A stretch of DNA of 64,000 bases from Candidatus Bathyarchaeota archaeon (GCA_018396535.1 JAGTQC010000001.1:224827-288826); one strand, 5' to 3'. Positions 10,827 to 21,149 are shown, counted from the first letter of the stretch. The notes: a model not told the origin generated them from the sequence alone. Program-made: numbers and translations.

Positions 10827-11348
10827 TTATATCGAATCAAGGATCTCTACGAGGTATCGTAAGACGAAATTAACAGATTCCTCCACCTTATCCGACAAAC
10901 CTACATTGAATCCTATAAATTGAGGTTGAATAGCTAAAACTAGTATACGAGCTTTTAAACCATTCATCTCCAAGTACTTAGCCATGATAGTCAAGGAAGG
11001 TTTATGCGTCGATATAGAGGCTCGATCAAGAGATGAAATATCGAGTAGAGATACAGAGCCTGGAGATCCACCGAAATCTACAGCATCCAAGATCAATATG
11101 AGATCAGGTTGAAAACGTAGGACGATCGATGTAAACGCTTCTGGGGCTACACCACACTCTAATACAAGTATACACGGTTTATTAATTATAGCCGATAATC
11201 TTCTAGCAGCTATAATCCCAACCCCATCATCACCCATAAGCTCGTTACCCACACCTAAAATAGCTATCCTACTACACCCAGCTACAACATTACCCAACAT
11301 ATCGATGAATGACTTCATCTCACGAAATAAATCTAATAATGATGACAC
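10827..11348 (-). CDS. hycI: Hydrogenase maturation endopeptidase (HycI type)
   Basis: GVGNELMGDDGVG, PE, DAVDFG, STH. Confidence 0.85.
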   Translation of the reverse strand: MSSLLDLFREMKSFIDMLGNVVAGCSRIAILGVGNELMGDDGVGIIAARRLSAIINKPCILVLECGVAPEAFTSIVLRFQPDLILILDAVDFGGSPGSVSLLDISSLDRASISTHKPSLTIMAKYLEMNGLKARILVLAIQPQFIGFNVGLSDKVEESVNFVLRYLVEILDSI

Positions 11349-11786
11349 TATTTCATCTATTAATATCTTACTCTGTAATTCAGCTAGGTAAGAAACTAAG
11401 CAGCATATATCATATAGTATAACGCTGACAAAACTCTACCAAGATAAAGTTTTCATAATAAGGTAGAGCCTATCATTCTAAGTGACCTATCCCCTACTCA
11501 TCGAATAAAGTCAACCTCACCCTGCCACTTCCCGTTCATCCATCATCCTCACTCAAAATTTTTACTGAATAGCTTAGCTACTTCCACCCTCTGTTAGGGC
11601 GCAGTCTGAATGTGCTTTACTTGAAAGAGCTAAAAGGGTGATGAGAATCGGCTGCTTCCAGGTTTTGGAAGAGTTGAATATTAAGAGGGGATATATGCTT
11701 AAAAATACTTTACGAATTTGGGATGGGGGTTGTCTTTAACTAAATATGAAGCCCGTTTTCATAAAAGTATGGAGGAGTATATTCAG

Positions 11787-11861
11787 CGGACCCGGCGGGA
11801 TTTGAACCCGCGACCACCGGCTTAGAGGGCCGATGCGCTGTCCTGGCTGCGCTACGGGTCC
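11787..11861 (-). tRNA. tRNA-Arg(UCU); no intron, CCA not encoded, C at position 33
   Basis: Cloverleaf GGACCCG/CGGGTCC, anticodon arm TCGGC-CCTCTAA-GCCGG, T-arm GCGGG-TTCAAAT-CCCGC. Confidence 0.93.
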
Positions 11862-13267
11862 ATACCACTAATATTTTCAGCTTCTACTTTCTGATTTAAG
11901 GATTTCCTCGGTTCTAGGTGTATATCGACTTCATCTACTCCAAGCTTTTCTTTTAGATACGCTTCTATGCTAGATGCTATTCGATGAGCCTCTTTGAGCG
12001 GTGTATCTGGTTTGAGTTCTAAGTGGAGGGTTAGTAGTTTCATACCCTTCGATTCTATTATTACTGCTTCATGAATCTCTTCAACCCCCTGAACGATCAT
12101 TCTAGCTTCCTCTATAGTTTTCGCTATCTTCTCATCTCTTACCTCTCTAAGTGTTGCTTCTGTTCTTTCAAGACTTGTTTCCATATGTATACTTATGAAC
12201 CCTAGGTTTGGTATAGCCTGTCTCAGATTACCTTCTATCTCTTCAGATATTCTATGTGCTTCATTCAGCGATATCGATGGATCTAATTCTACATGGAATA
12301 TGAGTGCTACTCGGCCTCTAGATGTATATATACGTATGCTATGTACATTCTTGACATTTTGATCTTTAGATACTATATTTCTAATGATCGTCTCTATATC
12401 TGCCTTTCTAGGCGGCTCTATATGGATCGTTACATCTGCATCGGTGTATACGCTCTTAATCTTATCTTCTATATGATCTGCGATACCATGAGCTTCGGCT
12501 ATACTATAATCGTTTCTTAAAGATAACGATACATCTACCTGGAGTCTATTCCCTAGACTCCTTACCCTAACATGCTTAACATCCTCTACAGCTTCTATAC
12601 CAGATACTATGGAAGATATCTTCTCAGCTACACCTGTTGGAGCTCTATCTAGTAGTATACCTGATGATTTTAATAGAAGCCTATATGCTTCCCTAGCTAG
12701 TATTATCGATAGAACGATAGAAACTGCTACATCGACTAGGTAGAGGTTACTAAAAGCTATGAAGACTAGACAAGCTAATTCAGGTATGGATCTAGATATA
12801 TCACCAAGCATATTTATAGAACAGGCTTCTAGAGCTGGACTTAAATACCGTATGGAAGTTCTTCTAGAATATATGAATAGTGCTAGATCTATGAGGGTTG
12901 TGAGGGTTATTAGGGATATGCCTATAACATGGTTAACGATCAATATAGGATTTATCACACGCTGTACTGCTTCATAGAGTATAACTACTACTATTATTAC
13001 TATGAATAACGCCTCTATAAATGCTACTAGACTTTCAGTTTTACCATGTCCATAATGATGATCCACATCTGGTGGAGCCATAGATATTCTTAAAGCAAAA
13101 TATACCATCACAATATTCAGTATATCAAGAATAGAATCGAAAGTTTCGGTCTTCAATATCAAGCTTCCAGTCAATAATGCAGCTATAGCCTTAACTATAG
13201 TAACTATTATAACGGATATTAGTATCACCGATGCAGCTCTCAGCTTACCATAACTGTTACTTATCAA
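11852..13267 (-). CDS. Cation diffusion facilitator (FieF-like) with three tandem C-terminal ZT-dimer domains
   Basis: PPDVDHHYGHGKTE; three repeats of EAHxIxxxIE...IHxE. Confidence 0.9.
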   Translation of the reverse strand: MISNSYGKLRAASVILISVIIVTIVKAIAALLTGSLILKTETFDSILDILNIVMVYFALRISMAPPDVDHHYGHGKTESLVAFIEALFIVIIVVVILYEAVQRVINPILIVNHVIGISLITLTTLIDLALFIYSRRTSIRYLSPALEACSINMLGDISRSIPELACLVFIAFSNLYLVDVAVSIVLSIILAREAYRLLLKSSGILLDRAPTGVAEKISSIVSGIEAVEDVKHVRVRSLGNRLQVDVSLSLRNDYSIAEAHGIADHIEDKIKSVYTDADVTIHIEPPRKADIETIIRNIVSKDQNVKNVHSIRIYTSRGRVALIFHVELDPSISLNEAHRISEEIEGNLRQAIPNLGFISIHMETSLERTEATLREVRDEKIAKTIEEARMIVQGVEEIHEAVIIESKGMKLLTLHLELKPDTPLKEAHRIASSIEAYLKEKLGVDEVDIHLEPRKSLNQKVEAENISGMDP

Positions 13268-13299
13268 GGTTTAAACATAAAACAGGCTACCTGTTTAAC

Positions 13300-14064
13300 T
13301 TAAAGATTTTCCGTTTCTAAACCTATTATCTCTGAGGGAATACAACAGATATCTTCGAGTATATAGTCTGGATCTCTAGCGTACATGTATTCTTCATAAC
13401 ATGCTTCATCGTATTTTTCAGATGGGTTTAAAACTAGTATAGTCTTCATACCGATTGATGAAGCACCATAGATATCCGTGTATGGGTTATCACCTACGAA
13501 GATGCATTTAGATGCATCAACTCCTATTTCCGATAGGACTTTCATGAATATAGCTGGATGAGGCTTCCGGTAGCCAATATAATATGAGATAGCTATATAA
13601 TCGAAGAAGTTGTCTAGCATAAGCCTAGATAGTATCGATCTAACAGCATCCCCCCACGTGAAATTCGATATCAATGCTATCTTAAACCCGAGACTTCTAA
13701 GCATACCTAGCACATCATATACACATTTAAATGGTTTAGCAAACTCTATATATGGCTCGAAGTATTCTCTCACAGCTTCCTCTACACACTTATCCGATGG
13801 ATCCACATTATACCCGATTTCTCTTAACGATTCAGCTATCCATACAGTATTCGGGACCTCTACTAGTAGACTATGCCTTATCCTAGAATACTTAATGGAA
13901 ACTCTACGATATATTTCTATAAAGTTCTCATCCAGACGGAAGCCTGAACGTATGAGGGAATCTAGCATACGCTTTTCTTGCAAATGCTCCACAGGCTCTA
14001 CATATACTAGTGTACCGATTAGATCGAATATGAAAGCTTCAAAATCGCAAGGCGTATACGGCAT
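13300..14064 (-). CDS. HAD-superfamily hydrolase
   Basis: FDLIGTL, SN, KPHP, VGDNPYTD. Confidence 0.85.
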   Translation of the reverse strand: MPYTPCDFEAFIFDLIGTLVYVEPVEHLQEKRMLDSLIRSGFRLDENFIEIYRRVSIKYSRIRHSLLVEVPNTVWIAESLREIGYNVDPSDKCVEEAVREYFEPYIEFAKPFKCVYDVLGMLRSLGFKIALISNFTWGDAVRSILSRLMLDNFFDYIAISYYIGYRKPHPAIFMKVLSEIGVDASKCIFVGDNPYTDIYGASSIGMKTILVLNPSEKYDEACYEEYMYARDPDYILEDICCIPSEIIGLETENL

Positions 14065-14091
14065 AGTTTACTCGAATACCTCCTATCGGTA

Positions 14092-15459
14092 TCAGTATTC
14101 TATACAACCATAATTCTCCATTATAGATGATACGAATAGTATCCCCTTTAGGAAGGCATCCCTTGTCGTATATTCATTAGGCGCATGAGCGTTGGATAAC
14201 GGTGGCGCACATCCAGTCCATACAGAGTTTAAGCCTAATCGCTTAGTGAAGAGGTAATCTGGACCGGATCCAGGTGAATTTGGGTATATCTGAGGTTTGG
14301 ATTGGTAGACTTCAGATGCAGCTATAGATACTGCTCTAACTATCGGAGCTGATGGAGGGGTTTTAGACGGTTCTAGAAAGTTTAGAGCCTTAACTTCTAT
14401 ATCCTCGAATCCCTTAGCCTTCAGATGTTTCTTAAGATTTTCTAAGAGTTTATATGGATTCTGATCGTATACAAGTCTGAAATCTATCTTAACATAGGCA
14501 TCCCTTGGAAGAACTGTTTTCACACCTGGACCTGTATAACCAGCGTTTATGCCTGCTATATTACATGTAGGTTGGAATAGAAGTTTTTTAACAGCTTCAA
14601 CCCTTTCGACCCCGCATAGGAACTTATCCAGGTTGAAATGAGATTTCAAGCCAGCGAGTAGTGTTTCGTAGTCAACTTCCTCCAAGAGTTTGAGATCATC
14701 TTCAGTAGGTACACGTACATCGTCGTACCATCCATCTATAAGGATAGATCCATCAGGGGATCTCAGAGTATTTAAAGCTTGTATAAGCCTCCACGCTGCA
14801 TTCTCTATCAATGGTGCGAGAGATGAATGCGCATCTACACGAGCAGTCCTACATCTAAGCTCTACGTAGAGCATACCTTTAAGTCCCAGCCATAGTTCAG
14901 GTCTACCTTTAGGATCTAACCCTCCATCGAAGCATATAGCGGCATCTGCTTTAAGTCTATCCTTATACGCTTCTACATATCTAGATAAATTGGGGCTACC
15001 GATTTCCTCCTCTCCTTCGAATAATACTTTAATATTTACAGAAGGGGCTAACCCCAGTTTGGAATAGGATTCTACAGCTTTAACTATAGCCATAACGTTA
15101 GATTTACTATCAGCAGCCCCTCTAGCTGTTATTTTACCATTACTCTCTACAGCTTCAAACGGTGGCGAAGACCACTCCTCTAAAGGTTCTGGTGGTTGTA
15201 CATCATAATGCCCGTATAGTAGTATCGTCTTAGAGGAGCTGGAGTACAACTCTCCATAGACTACCGGGTTAGCATCTTTCATCCTCCATACTTCAACTCT
15301 AAACCCAGCTTTCTCCATGAACTCTCTAAGCATAGAAGCGCAGGCGTCTACTCCCTCACCTCTAGCTGATATACTGGGTTGTCTAAGGAAATCTTTAAGA
15401 TCCTCTATATACTCCTCGCCAACTTTATCTAGAAGACTCTTTATCTCATCTAGCTTCAT
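14092..15459 (-). CDS. M20 family metallo-dipeptidase (ArgE/DapE-like)
   Basis: YGHYDVQP, RGAADSK, EGEEEIGS, HAPNE. Confidence 0.9.
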   Translation of the reverse strand: MKLDEIKSLLDKVGEEYIEDLKDFLRQPSISARGEGVDACASMLREFMEKAGFRVEVWRMKDANPVVYGELYSSSSKTILLYGHYDVQPPEPLEEWSSPPFEAVESNGKITARGAADSKSNVMAIVKAVESYSKLGLAPSVNIKVLFEGEEEIGSPNLSRYVEAYKDRLKADAAICFDGGLDPKGRPELWLGLKGMLYVELRCRTARVDAHSSLAPLIENAAWRLIQALNTLRSPDGSILIDGWYDDVRVPTEDDLKLLEEVDYETLLAGLKSHFNLDKFLCGVERVEAVKKLLFQPTCNIAGINAGYTGPGVKTVLPRDAYVKIDFRLVYDQNPYKLLENLKKHLKAKGFEDIEVKALNFLEPSKTPPSAPIVRAVSIAASEVYQSKPQIYPNSPGSGPDYLFTKRLGLNSVWTGCAPPLSNAHAPNEYTTRDAFLKGILFVSSIMENYGCIEY

Positions 15460-15513
15460 AACACTGCGTATAAACCTAAATTAGAAGAATTCTTAAGATT
15501 TACGGGTAGAGGG

Positions 15514-16278
15514 ATGTTCCTAGCATTCATGGTTGGTTCAGCTGGATCTGGTAAGAGTATGTTAACCGCAGCGTTAGCAGAGTATCTACTCGAGAAGGAG
15601 CAGGATGTATGTATAGTAAATCTAGATCCAGGTGTATTGAATACACCATATAATCCGGATGTAGATGTAAGAACCTACGTGTCTGTAGAGGATATACAGG
15701 AGGAGTATGGGTTAGGTCCTAACGGTGCACTCGTAATGGCTTCAGATCTTGTAGCAAACTATATAGAGGATATTAGGGAGGAGATAGAGGATATCGGCGC
15801 AGAATATGTAATTATCGATACACCTGGGCAGCTAGAGTTATTTGCTTTCCGTGCTAGCGGCCCGTTTATAGTTAGAGAGATTTCTAGGGATCCTAAAGTT
15901 ATAGTTTACCTTGTAGATGCCCCATTCTCTGCTAATCCTTTAAACTTCGTATCAACCCTATACCTATCGGTTGCAGTCTATACTCGGATACTAGAGCCTC
16001 AAGTATACGTTCTCAGTAAGGTAGATCTATTGGATGAGGATACTAGGGAGAGGATACTAGGATGGTTTGAAGATTTTGATATGCTAGAAGCTGATGTAGA
16101 AGGTTCTGTTAGAGATGAGAGTCTTATAATAGCGAGGAGTATAGTAGACGGATTGAGGGGTATAGATATATTCTCAGAGCTTATACCTGTATCTGCTAAA
16201 ACAGGTGAAGGACTACCTCTACTATCTGCAGCTCTAACTAGAGTATTTACTGGTGGAGAAGAAATATTGGAAGGCTAA
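15514..16278 (+). CDS. GPN-loop GTPase
   Basis: GSAGSGKS, NLDPG, LGPNG, DTPGQLE, SKVD, VSA. Confidence 0.93.
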   Translation: MFLAFMVGSAGSGKSMLTAALAEYLLEKEQDVCIVNLDPGVLNTPYNPDVDVRTYVSVEDIQEEYGLGPNGALVMASDLVANYIEDIREEIEDIGAEYVIIDTPGQLELFAFRASGPFIVREISRDPKVIVYLVDAPFSANPLNFVSTLYLSVAVYTRILEPQVYVLSKVDLLDEDTRERILGWFEDFDMLEADVEGSVRDESLIIARSIVDGLRGIDIFSELIPVSAKTGEGLPLLSAALTRVFTGGEEILEG

Positions 16279-16336
16279 TCTAATTTGAGATAAGCTTTAT
16301 GATAGTATGAGCATCTACGGTAATATTAGATAAGGG

Positions 16337-16933
16337 TTGACTGTTAGAAGGAGGCTAAAGGATTTAGTAATGCTTAACCTAGTCGAGGAGGCAGTTTTAC
16401 TTATCGTATATAAACTTGGATCTATGGGGAGGATAACGTTATCACGTATCCTTGATCTACCTGAAGGTACTGTTAGAGGTATTCTACGACGTATGGAGCT
16501 ATCTAAGATGATCGAATCTACAAGTAGAGGGGTTAAATTAACGGAGAGAGGGGTTGAAGAGTTATCTAAGTTACTCGATAAGAGGTGTATAGAAGGCATA
16601 TTCGTAATGGAGCCTGGTTTTTTAGGTTTGAATATGCCTTCAGTAATCGTGCATATACGTGGAAAAGCTAAAAGTATAAGGCTAGGGTTAGAGGAAAGGG
16701 ATAGAGCTATTGGAGCTGGAGCTAAAGCTCTTGTAGCTATAAGATGTGTAGATGGACGTCTAGAGATACCTGGAGTAGTAGATGATATATGCAGGGAGGG
16801 GGAACAGTATGCACATATACTTAGAGAAAGATTTAATTTAAGAGATGGCGATTTAATTCTCGCAGTATTCTCAGATAATGTTTGGCGAGCACTTATAGCA
16901 GCGTTGCATGTAGCTGAAAGTATACCAGCTTAG
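16337..16933 (+). CDS. Winged-helix protein with DUF4443-like C-terminal domain
   Basis: GRITLSRILDLPEGTVR...GVKLTERG; LEERDRAIGAGA. Confidence 0.7.
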   Translation: MTVRRRLKDLVMLNLVEEAVLLIVYKLGSMGRITLSRILDLPEGTVRGILRRMELSKMIESTSRGVKLTERGVEELSKLLDKRCIEGIFVMEPGFLGLNMPSVIVHIRGKAKSIRLGLEERDRAIGAGAKALVAIRCVDGRLEIPGVVDDICREGEQYAHILRERFNLRDGDLILAVFSDNVWRALIAALHVAESIPA

Positions 16934-17076
16934 ATGCTAGATGCCGGTAATAACGTAGTATAGCTACGAAATCTATTGGCTTTCATCATCTATAGAGTAT
17001 TATCAGCATATAGTGGCAATATTCATTAAGCGGTAGTTAAGCCTAATTAGCGTAAGGAAAATCAGGGGGAGATACG

Positions 17077-19185
17077 ATGACGTTAGAGAAGCTATTTAAC
17101 CCATCATCGATAGCAGTTGTAGGCGCTTCTCGTACACCAGGTAAGGTTGGATACGCTATACTATCGAATATACTTTCATCAGGATTCACTGGTGAAATAT
17201 ACCCTGTGAATCCTAATGCTACAGAGATTCTAGGTCTCAAATGTTATCCACGGATAACGGATATACCATCAGATGTAGATTTAGCTATCATATCGATTCC
17301 TGCTCAAGCAGTTTTAGATGTAGCTGAAGAATGCGGGAGGAGGGGGGTTAAGTATATCGTCGTTATATCTGCTGGGTTTAAGGAGATAGGCCCTGAAGGC
17401 TTAGTTAGAGAAGTTAAACTTCAAACATTATGCAGACGGTATGGTATGAGGCTTCTAGGACCCAACTGTCTAGGCTTCATAGATATGTATACACCATTAA
17501 ACGCGAGCTTCGCAGCTACACAGCCTCTAAAGGGGCGTATAGCATTCATATCGCAGAGCGGTGCTCTAGCTACTAGCATACTAAACTGGTCTAGATCGAT
17601 CGATATAGGGTTTAGCCGGTTCATAACCCTCGGAAATAGAGCTGATATAGATGAATCAGATATCATAGAGAGTTTGAAAAACGATCCTAATACCAGCGTT
17701 ATCCTCGCATATCTAGAGAGCGTATCAGATGGAGCTAAGTTTAGGAAGATAGTAAGTAGTGTCTCGCCTATCAAACCAGTAGTAGTTGTTAAGGCTGGCG
17801 TATCTCGGCATGGAGCTGCTGCTGCATCACTACATACTGGTTCTATAGCTGGAAGCGATTCTGCATACGAAGCTGCTTTCAAACAATGCGGTGTCGTGAG
17901 AGCTAGAAGCTTAGAGGAGTTATTCCATGCTGCACGTATATTCGCATCACAGCCACTACCTAGAAACTATGGGACGATAATCGTTACCAACGCTGGTGGC
18001 CCAGGTATAATCGCTACAGATGCATGTGAACGCTATGGTGTAGAGCTTAAAAGCATATCTGTAGAACTTGTTAGGGAGTTGAGGAGTAAACTTCCATCTG
18101 CAGCATCGCTACATAATCCTATAGATATACTAGGCGATGCTGATGCTGAAAGGTATAGGATAGCTTTAGAGACGTTATTAGCTAAGAGCGACGTCGATAC
18201 ATTCTTCGTTATACTTACACCTCAAGCTATGAGCCAGCCTAGAGAAACTGCTCAAGTTTTAGCTGAACTCAAAACAAAATACCCGGAGAAGATTATAGTT
18301 GCGGTATTTATAGGTGGAGAAGAGATGGGTGAAGCTAAAGCTATACTTCGTAAATCTGGTGTGATAGATTTCGATTTCCCAGAGGATGCTGCTTCAGCTT
18401 TAGGTATACTCTTCAATTATAAGCGTCTAGTAGAGAAGTTGCCGACCGTAACCGGGCTTAAGGAATTGAAGGATGTAGATAGGGATTTCGTAGAGACATT
18501 GATATCGAGGTTTAAGTTAGAAAGGAGGACTACTACTCTATCATATGAAGCCTTCCAGATTCTATCCGCATACAACATACCTACAGTACCATGCCGTCTA
18601 GCCAGGACACCTGAGGAAGCTGTAGAAGCTGCTGAGATGATAGGGTACCCTGTAGCTATCAAGGTAGCATCACCTGAGATACTTCATAAAACCGATATAG
18701 GTGGTGTAAGGCTTAACGTTAACTCACCTAAAGAGGTTGTAGACGCATTTGATGATGTTATATCGAATGCTAGGAGATACATGCCTAGAGCGAATATATA
18801 CGGTGTTGAAGTGTCGAAGATGGCTACTAGGGGTATAGAGATTATCGTAGGTATGCATAGAGATCCACAGTTTGGTCCACTATTAATGTTTGGTTTAGGA
18901 GGGATCTATGTTGATTTCTTAAGGGATGTAAGCTTCAGAGTAGCCCCGCTATCCATGGATGATGCTTTAGAGATGATCAAGGAGACTAAAGCCTATACGC
19001 TTCTAAGGGGGGTGAGGGGGATGCCGGCAGCTGATATAGAATCTCTAGCCGATATTATAGTTAGGGTTGCATGGCTTTCTGCAGAATTTAGAGAAATAGC
19101 TGATATAGATTTGAATCCCATATTCGTATATGAGAAGGGAAAAGGTTGTATAGCCGTAGATGCTAAGATTAGTCTATCTGTATAG
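17077..19185 (+). CDS. acd: ADP-forming acetyl-CoA synthetase, fused alpha-beta subunits
   Basis: VVGAS, GPNCLG, SQSGA, HTGSIAG (phospho-His), TNAGG, NPID, HKTDIGGV ATP-grasp, DLNP. Confidence 0.9.
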   Translation: MTLEKLFNPSSIAVVGASRTPGKVGYAILSNILSSGFTGEIYPVNPNATEILGLKCYPRITDIPSDVDLAIISIPAQAVLDVAEECGRRGVKYIVVISAGFKEIGPEGLVREVKLQTLCRRYGMRLLGPNCLGFIDMYTPLNASFAATQPLKGRIAFISQSGALATSILNWSRSIDIGFSRFITLGNRADIDESDIIESLKNDPNTSVILAYLESVSDGAKFRKIVSSVSPIKPVVVVKAGVSRHGAAAASLHTGSIAGSDSAYEAAFKQCGVVRARSLEELFHAARIFASQPLPRNYGTIIVTNAGGPGIIATDACERYGVELKSISVELVRELRSKLPSAASLHNPIDILGDADAERYRIALETLLAKSDVDTFFVILTPQAMSQPRETAQVLAELKTKYPEKIIVAVFIGGEEMGEAKAILRKSGVIDFDFPEDAASALGILFNYKRLVEKLPTVTGLKELKDVDRDFVETLISRFKLERRTTTLSYEAFQILSAYNIPTVPCRLARTPEEAVEAAEMIGYPVAIKVASPEILHKTDIGGVRLNVNSPKEVVDAFDDVISNARRYMPRANIYGVEVSKMATRGIEIIVGMHRDPQFGPLLMFGLGGIYVDFLRDVSFRVAPLSMDDALEMIKETKAYTLLRGVRGMPAADIESLADIIVRVAWLSAEFREIADIDLNPIFVYEKGKGCIAVDAKISLSV

Positions 19186-19198
19186 GGAGGATACGAGT

Positions 19199-20272
19199 AT
19201 GCCCACCTGTAAAGGGCTCTATGTAGTCTCTCCGAAGGATTACTCTGGGAAAACCGCACTCTGCGTAGGATTAGCGCTTACCTTTAAAGAGGAAGGGTAT
19301 AGGGTAGGCTACATGAAGCCTATAGGCTTATGGACAAGTATACTTGAAGGCGAGTACGTGGATGAAGACTCCATACTCCTAAAGGATATATTAGGCTTAG
19401 AGGATAGTTTAACCGATGTAACCCCCTATGTAGCTGGCGATAGAATTCTAGAAGATATAGCTAAGGGTAAGCTTCACGATGTATGCTCTAAGATAGCTGA
19501 AGTATATCGTAGAGCTTCAGAAGGAAAGGATATTATGCTAATCGAAGCTCCTAGGAATATAGGTCTCAACTATCTTACAGGATTAACCTACAGATTCTTA
19601 GCTGAGAAAATTGGGTGTAAGGCTCTAGTAGTATCTCTATTCGAGTCAGATGTAGATGTAGGCTCTATAATACAGATGTATGAGCATATGAAGCTTGAAG
19701 GATTGAAGACTATAGGTGTTGTATTAAACTATGTTCGGAGACATGTTATAGAGAGAGCTAGAAGTATAGTACCGCAGATACTTAGATCATATGGGTTAAA
19801 CGTTTTAGGAGTTATACCTAGGAAGACGGAGTTGGTAGCGCCTACGGTAGCCGAGATATATGAGCGTATAGGTGGGGAGATACTTGCATGTGAGGATAAG
19901 TTGGATGGTATCGTCGAAGAGATAATGATAGGCGCTATGACACTCGAATCTGCATTATCATTCTTTAGGAGAGCTATTAATAAGGCTGTCATTACAGGCG
20001 GTGATAGAGCTGATGTAGCTCTTGCAGCTCTGGAGACGGATACATCTGTACTAATATTGACAGGCAATTTATATCCTGATGTAAGGGTTTTAGCTAAGGC
20101 GGAGGAGAGGGGTATACCTGTAATACTAGTACCATACGATACCTATACTACGGTCGAGCTTGTAGGAGAGCTTGTAGGTAGAATCAGACCTGGTGATAGG
20201 AAGAGGGTTGATCTAGCGTATAAATTGGTAAGAGAGAATGTTGATTGGAGGAGCATAATCGGATCTCTATAA
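19199..20272 (+). CDS. Phosphotransacetylase N-terminal-like (BioD-like P-loop + DRTGG) protein
   Basis: SGKT, YMKPIG, ITGGDRAD, LILTG; ATG 19199 follows a GGAGG SD (ORF track start 19160). Confidence 0.85.
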   Translation: MPTCKGLYVVSPKDYSGKTALCVGLALTFKEEGYRVGYMKPIGLWTSILEGEYVDEDSILLKDILGLEDSLTDVTPYVAGDRILEDIAKGKLHDVCSKIAEVYRRASEGKDIMLIEAPRNIGLNYLTGLTYRFLAEKIGCKALVVSLFESDVDVGSIIQMYEHMKLEGLKTIGVVLNYVRRHVIERARSIVPQILRSYGLNVLGVIPRKTELVAPTVAEIYERIGGEILACEDKLDGIVEEIMIGAMTLESALSFFRRAINKAVITGGDRADVALAALETDTSVLILTGNLYPDVRVLAKAEERGIPVILVPYDTYTTVELVGELVGRIRPGDRKRVDLAYKLVRENVDWRSIIGSL

Positions 20273-20318
20273 AATTAATATCTTCTCTGGGGAATTCTTT
20301 AGAATTCGATGATGAACC

Positions 20319-21146
20319 GTGCTTAGGATAGGGACTGTAGCATTATTCTCACGTGTAGATCTAGATGAGGTATTACTAGTATCATCTAAGATTAAAGAGA
20401 GGTTTGAAAGTAGCGGTGTGAATGTACTACTAGAGGATAGACTATATGAGAAGCTGGGAGGTGCTAGATGGAATTCAAAATCGACTTTCGATCTACTCAT
20501 AGCGATCGGAGGGGATGGTACTATACTCAGAGCTGTACATGCTACAGGGTTATCTAAACCTGTTTTCGCTATCAGAGCAGGGTTAGTCGGGTTTTTAGCT
20601 GATTGTGATCTACATGAAGCTTTAGAAGCTATAGATATGCTACTCAAGGATGAGTATAGGATAGAATCGTATAAGCTATTGGAGAATAACGTTAATCTAC
20701 CTTATGCTTTAAACGAGGTTAGGGTTGGAGCTACTGATGTATTGAAGACAGTAGATTTAGAAGTTAGGGTTGAAGGGGAGGTTATAGCTTTAGATAGGGT
20801 TGATGCAGTGCTCGTAGCTACACCATTAGGTTCTACAGGGTATTCACTAAGTTGCGGAGGATGCATACTAGATCCTAGGGTTGAAGCATATATATTGACA
20901 CCTGTCTCGCCTTTAACTCCAAGCTTTAAGCCTTACGTTGCTCCTTGGGATGCAACTGTGGAGATCAGGGTTATTAGAGGAGATCTGTACGTATCGGTGG
21001 ATGGGGTAGCATCCATTAAGCTTCCAGAGGGGTCGAGCGTAAAGGTGAAAGGGTCGAGTAAAACTGTGGATTTCATAAGGGTTAAGGGAAGGTTTATCGA
21101 AAGACTACGTAGGAGAGTTAATCCTAGATTTAGATTGAATCTTTAG
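20319..21146 (+). CDS. nadK: NAD(+) kinase
   Basis: GGDGT, GFL, LNE, ATPLGSTGYSLSCGG, DG. Confidence 0.9.
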   Translation: MLRIGTVALFSRVDLDEVLLVSSKIKERFESSGVNVLLEDRLYEKLGGARWNSKSTFDLLIAIGGDGTILRAVHATGLSKPVFAIRAGLVGFLADCDLHEALEAIDMLLKDEYRIESYKLLENNVNLPYALNEVRVGATDVLKTVDLEVRVEGEVIALDRVDAVLVATPLGSTGYSLSCGGCILDPRVEAYILTPVSPLTPSFKPYVAPWDATVEIRVIRGDLYVSVDGVASIKLPEGSSVKVKGSSKTVDFIRVKGRFIERLRRRVNPRFRLNL

Positions 21147-21149
21147 AAT

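Noticed and set aside
11637-11690. C/D box sRNA candidates (RTGATGA here, at about 16985 on minus and at about 20309)
   Set aside because: No properly spaced CTGA D/D' boxes
11787-11861. tRNA as an amber suppressor or tRNA-Pyl (CUA appears in the loop)
   Set aside because: The 5-bp stem and 7-nt loop place UCU at 34-36, and the body is a standard archaeal tRNA-Arg
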